Positions 30,504 through 39,564 of a DNA stretch of 50,121 nucleotides are shown here, in pieces. Both the position numbers and the translations under genes were made by a program. The notes below the pieces were generated by a model. The model ran no database searches. It had not been told where the DNA came from and saw only the letters and a program-made list of their open reading frames with translations. Origin of the DNA: Promethearchaeota archaeon (GTDB lineage: Archaea; Asgardarchaeota; Lokiarchaeia; Sigyniarchaeales; SOKP01); assembly GCA_016839765.1 (NCBI GenBank), contig JAEOTP010000048.1:1-50121 (forward strand), given 5' to 3'. Within the stretch, counting starts at the first letter, position 1; the number at the start of each line of letters is the position of its first letter.

Positions 30504-32011
30504 TTTATTGCTTTCCAATTCAAACAAATCTGTGATAACCTACTTTCTTCTGAATTTGATTTAAATTTTCGTTCTCTAACATCAATAAAGATGGGATAAT
30601 TTACAGCATTTCCCATTAAAAGCATTTCTCCCACTCCTAAACTTGAAATCATATCTGCATATTCTTTTGTTATTACTTCTGAACTATCCATTAAATGTTT
30701 TAAATCATAGGGGTTCTTTATGCTTAGAATCATTTTTGAGTTTGTTTGAGAAAGAGCAGTTGTACTTAATCTTTTTGGCCTCTGACTAATTAAGCATAAA
30801 CAAGCCATGAATTTTCTACCTTCTCTAGCAATCGTTTCGATAATGTGTTTGGTTAAAGCTTTTGAAGTTGCTGCTTCAGGACAGAATTGATGTGCCTCCT
30901 CGATTATTACTAGAAAAGGAGGGATTTGTTCCATTCTTCGAAGGAAAAATAGTCGATTACAAATATAATCAACAATAATTTGTTTCTTTCTAATTGAGAT
31001 TTCTTTTTGTAGATTAAAGATAGTTAATTCTCCGGGGTTTATAATTAAATTGATATTAGGATTTTCTTGAGTTCCAAAAAGAGTCAAACGTTCTAATTCA
31101 CTTAACCAACCAATTAATGCTTGTTTAGTACTTTTATTACCATCTTGTTCTTTTTCAATTAATTCTATAATGTCATTTAGAGTATAATTCTTTTTATTCT
31201 TTTTTAATAGCCTTATATAATTGGAAAGTTCTCTTACTTGAACGTGTGAAATTTTTTCTTGATATTTCCAAAAAGTATATGCATTCAAGTTCGGGACTGA
31301 AATTTGAAAAAAGGAGGCATCGAATAATTTAACTTTATCTTTAAATTTTGATATTGATTTTAAAAAAGAATATTCACCATGAACATCAATTAAGATAATG
31401 GCAGGGGTTCCAAGATTTTTATCTCTATTTAATAACTCTTCGATTATAACTGACGTGAGATAACTTTTTCCTCCTCCAGATATTGAAAGAATAGCAAAGT
31501 GTTTATTAAACAAGCGATCCATACTAATTTTTGCGTTAATTTTCGAACCTTTTATTTTGCCTAAATTTAAACCTAATTTTGAGTCTAATCCAATAAAGTT
31601 TTTAAGGATTTCTTCTTCAACTAAATAAATTTCTCTGCCTGGACTAGCTGGATAAGTCATGCGTTTAATCTTTGCTATTTTATTCGTTTTTTCATCGTTA
31701 AATTCGATAATACCTAAATTTTTTACAATAGCAATCGCATACTCAAAATCTTCGCTTGGAAACAACCCTTTTAAAATGTTGGGATTGTTTTCACTATTAT
31801 ATGCTTTAATTGTAAGGGCATCTGAAAAATATTCATTTAATAATACAATTCTTTCCACGATTCCAATTAAAAACCCTTCAATTGACTCTGTATATACGAA
31901 AAGACCTTTCTTTACAAAAACTCCATCACTTCTCTTATTAATAACAAAAGGGTATTTCGAAACATCTGGTAATTGAAGAAAATTGAAAACAATACCAACT
32001 CTAACGGGCAT
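30500..32011 (-). CDS. HerA-like ATPase (HAS barrel + FtsK/HerA motor)
   Basis: KHFAILSISGGGKS, DVHGEY, IEEAHQF, IAREGRKF and ISQRP. Confidence 0.9.
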   Translation of the reverse strand: MPVRVGIVFNFLQLPDVSKYPFVINKRSDGVFVKKGLFVYTESIEGFLIGIVERIVLLNEYFSDALTIKAYNSENNPNILKGLFPSEDFEYAIAIVKNLGIIEFNDEKTNKIAKIKRMTYPASPGREIYLVEEEILKNFIGLDSKLGLNLGKIKGSKINAKISMDRLFNKHFAILSISGGGKSYLTSVIIEELLNRDKNLGTPAIILIDVHGEYSFLKSISKFKDKVKLFDASFFQISVPNLNAYTFWKYQEKISHVQVRELSNYIRLLKKNKKNYTLNDIIELIEKEQDGNKSTKQALIGWLSELERLTLFGTQENPNINLIINPGELTIFNLQKEISIRKKQIIVDYICNRLFFLRRMEQIPPFLVIIEEAHQFCPEAATSKALTKHIIETIAREGRKFMACLCLISQRPKRLSTTALSQTNSKMILSIKNPYDLKHLMDSSEVITKEYADMISSLGVGEMLLMGNAVNYPIFIDVRERKFKSNSEESRLSQICLNWKAIN

Positions 32012-32118
32012 TGATTATACATAAGAAATAAAATTAATTAAAATAAAACAAGAGCCTAAATTTTCTGATTTAAATTAAAGAAAAAAGAGTTGAGATTAAG
32101 AAATATTATACTTTTAAT

Positions 32119-32724
32119 CTAGTCCTCCTTCTCTAAGGATCCCATTATTTTTAGTATTAAACGATAACCATTTTTCCAGAAATAGATCATAAAAAGCGCG
32201 ATAAATGAAGTAATAAGTAGAGCAATTCCAGTAAATAAGACCCAATTACCTGATGAAAATTCACTCAATAGTCCAGCAAATCCACCCTCAGAACCAATTA
32301 AAACTTCCTGAATTAAAGCCCAAACAAATCCAACTATTATAGCAATAAGACTTATTAATAAACCACCAGCTGCTATTTTTACAGTTGTACGATTCCTAAA
32401 TTTTTCATCAAGTTCTCTGACTTTAAAAAAAACTTTTAAAATCCATTTACTTCCCTTTTTAAATAAGCCAAAGAAGAAAACCAGTAAAAAGAATAATCCT
32501 GCTGAAAAACCTGCAACAACAGCGATTTGATATCCTAAACTAAGTGCTAAAAAAGCATCTAACTTTCCATGAGGGTCAATAAAATCAGCAATCGTCCAAA
32601 CAATCCCACCTATGACTACTAAGCATGCAAATACGATTATAACATAAAATATTTTCCCAACAATCATTTCACTTTGACTATAATCTTGATTTTGACTAGA
32701 TTGAGGTTCTACCATTTTTTTCAC
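32119..32724 (-). CDS. Hypothetical membrane protein with internal duplication
   Basis: Four hydrophobic segments. The two halves end FKKGSKWILKV and WKNGYRLILKI. Confidence 0.7.
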   Translation of the reverse strand: MKKMVEPQSSQNQDYSQSEMIVGKIFYVIIVFACLVVIGGIVWTIADFIDPHGKLDAFLALSLGYQIAVVAGFSAGLFFLLVFFFGLFKKGSKWILKVFFKVRELDEKFRNRTTVKIAAGGLLISLIAIIVGFVWALIQEVLIGSEGGFAGLLSEFSSGNWVLFTGIALLITSFIALFMIYFWKNGYRLILKIMGSLEKED

Positions 32725-32819
32725 ATTTTTTATTTAATTAAGAGAAGAATAATAATTAAAATATATAAAATTGATTATTATGAGGATATTTAGAAAATAA
32801 AGATATAGAAATAGTAGAA

Positions 32820-34358
32820 TCACATATTATCTTTCTTTTGGAATATTTTATTTAACTTTTGATAAATATTTTCAGATTTTAAATGATCATAGAGATTGTA
32901 TGAAAAATTATAAATTTTATCATAGAATTCATGATGTTGAGCATCAGGAATCCATTTTTTATCTACTTTACAGATATTTTCAGCTGCTTTTGCAATATCT
33001 GGAAATAATCCTGCTCCTGATGCTGCTAAAATCGCTGCGCCTAATGAGGTAGCTTCTTCTATAACATTTCTTATACAAGTAATTCCTAAAACATCAGCGT
33101 ATATCTGATTCCAAAGATCAGAACGAGAACCTCCTCCTGTTAATCTTAACTCTTTTGTATCTATTTTCAATTGTTTAAAAACTTCAACATTCTTTTTTAC
33201 TTCATATGCTACGCCTTCAAGAATAGCTCGGGAAATATCTCTTTTTTTATGACCTAAAGCAATTCCAAAAATTATCCCTCTTGCAAAAGGATCCCAATGA
33301 GGAGCTCCTGCACCCACTAAATGAGGAATTGCTACTAAACCATTTGCACCGATGGGGGATTTTTCTGCCTCTTCAGTAATAATAGCATATGGATCTTGAT
33401 TTTGCTCTTCAGCAATCTTGCATTCTTCTTGAGCAATTTCATCTCTAAACCATCTAAGAAATGCTCCCGTTGTAAAGATGCTAGCTTCTTGAACCCACGT
33501 TTTAGGTATTGCATGACAACTACATAAAACCCTCTTTTTTGGATCATAATTTGGTTTCTCTAAATATGCAAGCATGAAACTTCCAGTGCCAGTTGTTAAT
33601 TTAATTCTGCCAGGTGATACTACACCTACTCCAAGTGCCGCAGATTGTTGATCTCCTGCTCCAGTTACAACTAAAGTTTTTTTATCAAATAGTGTCTCTT
33701 CAGTTGTGATTTCGCCTATATCAACTCCACTCTCAATGGCATCAGGCATTTTATCTAAGTCAATCTCTAATTCGGAAGCAATGTCTTCGGAGTATTTTAA
33801 CTTATTAATATCAAATAACATAGTTCGTGAAGCATTTGAGTGATCAGTACAAAATTTACCTGTTAATTTGTAAATGATAAAATCTGATACTAATAAGAAT
33901 CTATGGGTTTTTTGATATAGATCAGGTTTATTATCTTTGAACCACAGAATTTTTGTTGCGGAAAAATAAGGATCTATGGTTAATCCGGTCGTTTTATATA
34001 CTTTTTCAATTCCAACCTTCCTTTTAATAAACTCTACTTGATCTATCGTCCTTCTATCTTGCCAGACAAGAGCGTTATGAAGAGGTGTTCCATCTTTAGC
34101 AACAGGTACAATTGTTTCTCTCTGATTTGTTACTGAAAGACTTACAATCTCGCTTTTATCAATTCCACTTTTTTTAATGGCTAATTCAATTGTTTTTTTT
34201 AATGATTCCCACCATACATTAGCATCTTGCTCTACATATGAAGGAGATGGATAAAAACTCTCCCATTCTTGATAATCACTAGCTAAAATTGTACCAGCTA
34301 TGTCAAAAATAAAAGTTCGGCAACCTGTTGTGCCTAAATCTAAAGCTGCAACAAACAT
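32820..34358 (-). CDS. FGGY carbohydrate kinase (xylulokinase/glycerol kinase-like)
   Basis: LDLGTTG, TNQRET, WQDRR, SNASRT, GAGDQ and GGGSRSDLWNQIYADV. Confidence 0.92.
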   Translation of the reverse strand: MFVAALDLGTTGCRTFIFDIAGTILASDYQEWESFYPSPSYVEQDANVWWESLKKTIELAIKKSGIDKSEIVSLSVTNQRETIVPVAKDGTPLHNALVWQDRRTIDQVEFIKRKVGIEKVYKTTGLTIDPYFSATKILWFKDNKPDLYQKTHRFLLVSDFIIYKLTGKFCTDHSNASRTMLFDINKLKYSEDIASELEIDLDKMPDAIESGVDIGEITTEETLFDKKTLVVTGAGDQQSAALGVGVVSPGRIKLTTGTGSFMLAYLEKPNYDPKKRVLCSCHAIPKTWVQEASIFTTGAFLRWFRDEIAQEECKIAEEQNQDPYAIITEEAEKSPIGANGLVAIPHLVGAGAPHWDPFARGIIFGIALGHKKRDISRAILEGVAYEVKKNVEVFKQLKIDTKELRLTGGGSRSDLWNQIYADVLGITCIRNVIEEATSLGAAILAASGAGLFPDIAKAAENICKVDKKWIPDAQHHEFYDKIYNFSYNLYDHLKSENIYQKLNKIFQKKDNM

Positions 34359-34452
34359 ACTCTTTTTTATTCTAAGTTTTTTAAATGTTAATTATAAGTT
34401 ATATATATTATTTTATTGAATAAAAATTATTTTTAATTAAAAATAAAATAAT

Positions 34453-35136
34453 TCACTTGTTTTTCTCGTAACCGCAATGTGGACATACTAATTTACCAAA
34501 TCCTACTTTATAATCTTTAATTATGGTTAAAATCTCATTGCAAATTGGGCATCTAGGCTCAAAAGATGGAAACCATTGGCCTTTGATATTAGGCATTTGT
34601 TTTAACATATTTATGATTTTTAATTGGTCTAAATCTTGTTTATTAACTCTAATTAATTGATGTTCTTCTGCAATAGATTTTCCTTTTGGGGTTAATACTA
34701 GTAAAAATTTAGTTTTTTCAGGATTGTTAATCAATGAGAGGGTACGTAAAATCGCATCACGCTTATATTGAACAAATAATTTTCCTAATTCAGGAGGAGC
34801 TAGAGCAACTAAAATTCGCTGTGAATCTTTATCAGATGTGGTTTTTTGGAATAAGAATTGATACATTCTTCTTTCATTATCTATAGCCCATATGAAGTTC
34901 CAATCTTTAATATCATAATCTTCCTTATTGGGTCCAATAATTCTCTTAATACTTTCGTACCAAGAATAACGATCATATTTTGATAGATTAGAGCTAAGAT
35001 CATCAAAAAAACTTGGTTCAATTACAGGATAGGTTTTGAAAATGCTTTTTAAAGAAATTAATTTAACGGAGGTTAAATTATTATTTGGAAGTTTATCCCA
35101 AGGTGTATGAACATATATTGAGAAAAAATCATTCAT
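34453..35136 (-). CDS. Hypothetical protein with C-terminal Zn ribbon
   Basis: 227 aa ending CPIC..CPHCGY. Confidence 0.7.
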   Translation of the reverse strand: MNDFFSIYVHTPWDKLPNNNLTSVKLISLKSIFKTYPVIEPSFFDDLSSNLSKYDRYSWYESIKRIIGPNKEDYDIKDWNFIWAIDNERRMYQFLFQKTTSDKDSQRILVALAPPELGKLFVQYKRDAILRTLSLINNPEKTKFLLVLTPKGKSIAEEHQLIRVNKQDLDQLKIINMLKQMPNIKGQWFPSFEPRCPICNEILTIIKDYKVGFGKLVCPHCGYEKNK

Positions 35137-35210
35137 TATTATTATAGAAAAATAAATGTTTATAAATTCATAAGAGAACGTTTAAAAATAATTTTAACTA
35201 ATTTTTTAAC

Positions 35211-35507
35211 ATGGCAAAATTTAAAATTATTACAAAAAAGGATTGTTTTTTCTGCGAGAAACTAGAAAAATGGCTTGCAGGTAAAGATGTTGATTATAAG
35301 ATATTGGATTATCAAGATCCAAAGGACTTTGATGATCCTTTGATGAAAAATCCCACGTTTAATAGTTTATTCTGTGACATGAGTGCTTGTGTTGAAGGGA
35401 TTCCAATCATAGTCAAAAATGATAAAGACTTTTTCTATAGTGAAATTTGGGATCTTGTAAATAATGAGATAGTTGAAGAAAAAGCAAGAGAGATCTTTGA
35501 ACTTTAA
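35211..35507 (+). CDS. Glutaredoxin-like protein
   Basis: IITKKDCFFC redox motif and GIPIIV cis-Pro segment. Confidence 0.75.
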   Translation: MAKFKIITKKDCFFCEKLEKWLAGKDVDYKILDYQDPKDFDDPLMKNPTFNSLFCDMSACVEGIPIIVKNDKDFFYSEIWDLVNNEIVEEKAREIFEL

Positions 35508-35609
35508 TTTTTTACTTAAATCTTTTTATTTTAATATATCAAATATTTTGCATATATTTATTACTTAAATCATATAATTTAATTTCATAAAAATTAAGGT
35601 AATATTTTA

Positions 35610-36749
35610 TTGACCTTAATTGTGAGAATTTTGAGTTTTAAATATGCTGATTTTGCACGAATTGGTCCAAATTTCGGATGTTCTTATAGAGATTTGATGA
35701 AGTTGTTAGTATCTAATGATTCAATAGCTTTAAAGCATTACTTTCGTATTCTTTTTATGAATAGTGTTAGTTTAGTTGGAATCCCATTCCGTATTTTTGA
35801 ATACATGTGTTATAATAAAGCAATAAAAAAAACAAAATTAAACTTCCCTCCAATCTTTATAATTGGTCATTGGAGAAGTGGTACTACCCATCTCCATAAT
35901 TTATTTACCCAAGATCCTCAATTTGGATTTGTAACCATGCTTCAAGCCTCTTTTCCTAAATCTTTTATGAGCAATACTTTCTTTAGCTTTTGGATGAATC
36001 TGTTCTTACCTGAAACACGCCCCATGGATAATATGAAAATGGGAATTCATAAGCCTCAAGAAGATGAAATGGCTTTAGGAAATCTATTTCCTTATACTTT
36101 CTATAATGCTTTATACTTCCCTAAAAGAATGATGGAATATTATAATAAGTATGTGCGTTTTAAAAACGTTTCTTCTAAATTAGTTAAAAAGTGGAAATAT
36201 ACTTATGATTATCTACTTAAAACTGCTACTTTTAATATGAGAGGGAAGCGTCTTGTTTTAAAAAATCCAGTAAATACAGCTAGGATTAAGATACTATTAG
36301 AAATGTACCCAGAAGCAAAATTTATTCATATATACAGAAATCCCTACATAATATATTTGTCTACTCGCCATTTTTATAAGAAAGCAATTGAAATTTTCAT
36401 GTTTCAAAATGTATCTAATGAACTACTCGAAGAAAATATCATTAAAATCTATAAAGAAATGATGAAAAGTTATTTTAAAGAAAAGAAGTTAATACCAAGT
36501 GGCAATTTAATCGATGTAAAGTTTGAGAATTTAGAAGATGATACAATCGGTCAATTGGAAAGAATTTACACCAAATTAAATCTTCAAGGGTTTGATAAAA
36601 ACAAAAAGAGATTTGAAATTTATTTGGAACAGATAAAATCATATAAAAAAAATAAATTTCAAATGGATAATAGAATCTTAAATTTGATAGAAAAAAATTG
36701 GAGATTCACAATAGATAAATGGGATTATAAAATACCTGAACTAATATAA
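35610..36749 (+). CDS. PAPS-dependent sulfotransferase
   Basis: PIFIIGHWRSGTTHLH (5'-PSB loop), PQEDE, LKNP and FIHIYRNP. Confidence 0.9.
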   Translation: MTLIVRILSFKYADFARIGPNFGCSYRDLMKLLVSNDSIALKHYFRILFMNSVSLVGIPFRIFEYMCYNKAIKKTKLNFPPIFIIGHWRSGTTHLHNLFTQDPQFGFVTMLQASFPKSFMSNTFFSFWMNLFLPETRPMDNMKMGIHKPQEDEMALGNLFPYTFYNALYFPKRMMEYYNKYVRFKNVSSKLVKKWKYTYDYLLKTATFNMRGKRLVLKNPVNTARIKILLEMYPEAKFIHIYRNPYIIYLSTRHFYKKAIEIFMFQNVSNELLEENIIKIYKEMMKSYFKEKKLIPSGNLIDVKFENLEDDTIGQLERIYTKLNLQGFDKNKKRFEIYLEQIKSYKKNKFQMDNRILNLIEKNWRFTIDKWDYKIPELI

Positions 36750-36762
36750 GTTTCAAAATTTT

Positions 36763-36782
36763 CGTGAAACAGAACTTTCACG
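36763..36782. terminator. Short hairpin between convergent genes (possible terminator)
   Basis: cgtgaaa-cagaac-tttcacg, a perfect 7-bp stem just after the sulfotransferase stop. Confidence 0.4.
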
Positions 36783-36871
36783 CACTTTAATATTAACGTT
36801 CATATTACCTCGATATAGTTCTCTGTATTACCCTAACAACTTTTAAAAATGAGTTTAAATAAATCTTTCAG

Positions 36872-38113
36872 TCAAAGGTCTTCGACCGTAGTTTCAGTTT
36901 CTTTAGAAATGCGATCTTTTGCGACACCATGAAGTAGCCAAAATCCAATAATAGCTATCAGACACAGAATTCCTGCTAAATACCATACCCAATTTGGTCC
37001 AATATAATCGTAAATTAAACCTGCGACTAAAACTCCAAAAAGGTTCGGAAACGACCAATGGAATCCATATACAGCCATATAACGTCCTCGCTTATCTTCA
37101 GGAGCAAATAATGCAACTGTAGCTTGCGAAACTGGTATCACAATCATTTCTCCCACTGTTAGTATAGCCATAGCTATAAAAAACAGGTATATCTCTGAAA
37201 TAAAACCATACATCCCAAAACCAATCATATATAGTAGGGTTCCAAGAGCCATCATTTTCATGGGAGTATACTTGGAAATTCTTGAAGTTATCCAGAATTG
37301 AAATATTACTACCATCAACGCATTCATGCTTAACAAGAAACCGTAACCTGTCTTGGTGAACCCATACATTTGTTTTAAAAAATAAGGCAATGTAGTATTC
37401 ATTTGCATGTATACTATCACTGTTAATGCAGAGACACTAAGAAAAATTATATAAACTGAATCTTTCAAAACCTCTTTATATCCAATAAAGGTTTTCATTA
37501 CTGATTCTTCCAGTTTAGCTTCTTCTTTATCTGGCTTAGTCTCCGGGATGACAAGAAATACAATTAAAGCGGTAAGTAAACTGCTAACAGCATCAGCAAT
37601 AAACAGAAATAAATAGGATTGGGATGCTATAAATCCCCCTAAGATAGGACCAATTGTTGCTGAAAGATTTACAGCTACTCTTAGAAGTCCAAATCCTTGT
37701 GACCGTTTTTCGCTTGGCAGTAAATCCGCAACCATCGCTTGCCTTGCGGGACCTCCAATATTCCCTAAAATTCCTAAAAATCCTGCAAGCATGAAAAAAT
37801 GAATCAGATTATCCACTACACCCATCAACATACTTCCTATTCCGCTTGAGACTAACCCTAAAAGAACCATCGAACGACGGCCATATTTATCAGCTAATGC
37901 GCCTCCTATCATACTTCCAACAATGTTTCCTGCTGAAAACATTGTAATTAGGAAGCCAACTTCAGTACCCCCTACTCCAAAACGATCGATTATATAGAAC
38001 GAAAAAAACGGAAACAATAAAAAACCTCCAAACCTATCAATGAAAGTGGCGAGTACAAGCACTTTAAATGAGTTTGGGTATTCTTTAAATCTACTTTTAA
38101 TTTTTGTAAGCAT
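36872..38113 (-). CDS. MFS transporter (multidrug efflux-like)
   Basis: Motif A GGALADKYGRR, about 12 TM segments, and APEDKRGRY. Confidence 0.92.
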   Translation of the reverse strand: MLTKIKSRFKEYPNSFKVLVLATFIDRFGGFLLFPFFSFYIIDRFGVGGTEVGFLITMFSAGNIVGSMIGGALADKYGRRSMVLLGLVSSGIGSMLMGVVDNLIHFFMLAGFLGILGNIGGPARQAMVADLLPSEKRSQGFGLLRVAVNLSATIGPILGGFIASQSYLFLFIADAVSSLLTALIVFLVIPETKPDKEEAKLEESVMKTFIGYKEVLKDSVYIIFLSVSALTVIVYMQMNTTLPYFLKQMYGFTKTGYGFLLSMNALMVVIFQFWITSRISKYTPMKMMALGTLLYMIGFGMYGFISEIYLFFIAMAILTVGEMIVIPVSQATVALFAPEDKRGRYMAVYGFHWSFPNLFGVLVAGLIYDYIGPNWVWYLAGILCLIAIIGFWLLHGVAKDRISKETETTVEDL

Positions 38114-38148
38114 ATGTAAGCCATTTTGCAGTTGAATAAAATATTACC

Positions 38149-38184
38149 GAGTATGGATTTCTGGTTTTCAGAAATACCATATTC
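38149..38184. promoter_or_regulatory. Imperfect inverted repeat in the divergent MFS/acyl-CoA dehydrogenase intergenic region
   Basis: gagtatggatttctg-gtttt-cagaaataccatattc. Confidence 0.5.
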
Positions 38185-38283
38185 CCCTTATGTTAATGAT
38201 AAATTGAATTATTGTAAACTAATAAATTTTAAACTATCAAATATTTTTATTGAGCAGTATAATTTTTTTAGGGAGAATCAAAA

Positions 38284-39528
38284 ATGTTTGATTATTTAAT
38301 AAGTGAAGATGCTAAAAGTATAAAAGAAGAGGTACGTTCGTTTGTAAGAGATGATGTTCCTCATTCTTTAATTAAAAAAATGGATAAAGAAGAAATTAAT
38401 TATCCAATAGAGTTCTTACAAAAACTTGGTAAAAAAAATCTTATAGGGTTAAGATTTCCTAAGGAATTTGGTGGTCGAGGTTTAAATTGGGAATGTGAAG
38501 TTGTTGCACTTGAGGAAGTAGGTGTATTAGGAAGCTCTTTACCTTGTTTATATTCTCTTCCTATAATTACTGGAGAAGCAATGAATTTATTTGGCTCTGA
38601 TGAACAAAAATTAAGGTACCTGAAACCTATGTGTGAAGGTAAAAAGTATACCGCAGAAGCGTTAACAGAACCAAGAGGGGGTTCTGATTTTTTTGGTGCA
38701 ACGTGTACAGCCATTAAAGATGGCGATTATTATATATTGAATGGCGAAAAACGTTTTGTTGTAGGGGCTGAGGGAGCTGATTTCTTTCTTGTTTATGCTA
38801 AAACAAATCTTGATCCTAATGCTGATCCTCGGTCATCACTTAGTCTTTTTATTGTTGATCGTAGTAAGGGCGTCGACACGGAATACATATATGGTTTACT
38901 AGGAACTAGAGGGGGTGGTGCTGGAAGACTTAAATTTGAAGAAGTAAACATTCCTCAAGAAAATATTATTATGGGGGAAGGAGAGGGAGGTCGAATCTTT
39001 TATCAAATGATGGTCCCTGAACGCCTTACAACAGCGGCGGGTTCATTAGGATCTGCAAGAACTTGTCTCCATATTGCTACTAAATATTCAACTAAAAGAA
39101 AGGCTTTTGGACAGACAATTAATAACTTTCAAGCAGTAAATTTTAAAATTGCTGATAGTATCACTCTCTTAGATGCAGCGAGATCAATTGTATTAAATAC
39201 AGCAAGGACTATTGATGCTGGAGCACCACCAGCGTTACAAAGAAGGTTAGTATCTGAATCTAAGAAATTTTCCACTAAGGCTTGCTGGAAGATTATTAAT
39301 AATGCTATGCAAGTAATGGGAGGAATTGGTTATACAACCGTATATCCTATTGAAAGAATACTTCGTGATTCAAGACTTGCAGAAATTTGGACGGGAACCT
39401 CGGAAATAATGAGTTTAATCATCCAGCATGAGTATTACAAGGAACTATTAAGCGCCAAATTGCTTGATCGAGATGTAGAAAAAGATGCTATTGATGCTGA
39501 CCATGAGGACGAAAAAAATTATGGTTAG
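38284..39528 (+). CDS. Acyl-CoA dehydrogenase
   Basis: [31 protein letters not shown] and IWTGTSEI. Confidence 0.95.
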   Translation: MFDYLISEDAKSIKEEVRSFVRDDVPHSLIKKMDKEEINYPIEFLQKLGKKNLIGLRFPKEFGGRGLNWECEVVALEEVGVLGSSLPCLYSLPIITGEAMNLFGSDEQKLRYLKPMCEGKKYTAEALTEPRGGSDFFGATCTAIKDGDYYILNGEKRFVVGAEGADFFLVYAKTNLDPNADPRSSLSLFIVDRSKGVDTEYIYGLLGTRGGGAGRLKFEEVNIPQENIIMGEGEGGRIFYQMMVPERLTTAAGSLGSARTCLHIATKYSTKRKAFGQTINNFQAVNFKIADSITLLDAARSIVLNTARTIDAGAPPALQRRLVSESKKFSTKACWKIINNAMQVMGGIGYTTVYPIERILRDSRLAEIWTGTSEIMSLIIQHEYYKELLSAKLLDRDVEKDAIDADHEDEKNYG

Positions 39529-39564
39529 AGGATAATAATCAAAAATAAAAATTAGAATATTTTT

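Noticed and set aside
36826-36840. attC/integron-like core near the MFS gene
   Set aside because: It does not fit RYYYAAC/GTTRRRY, has no matching partner site, and no integrase is present in the window.
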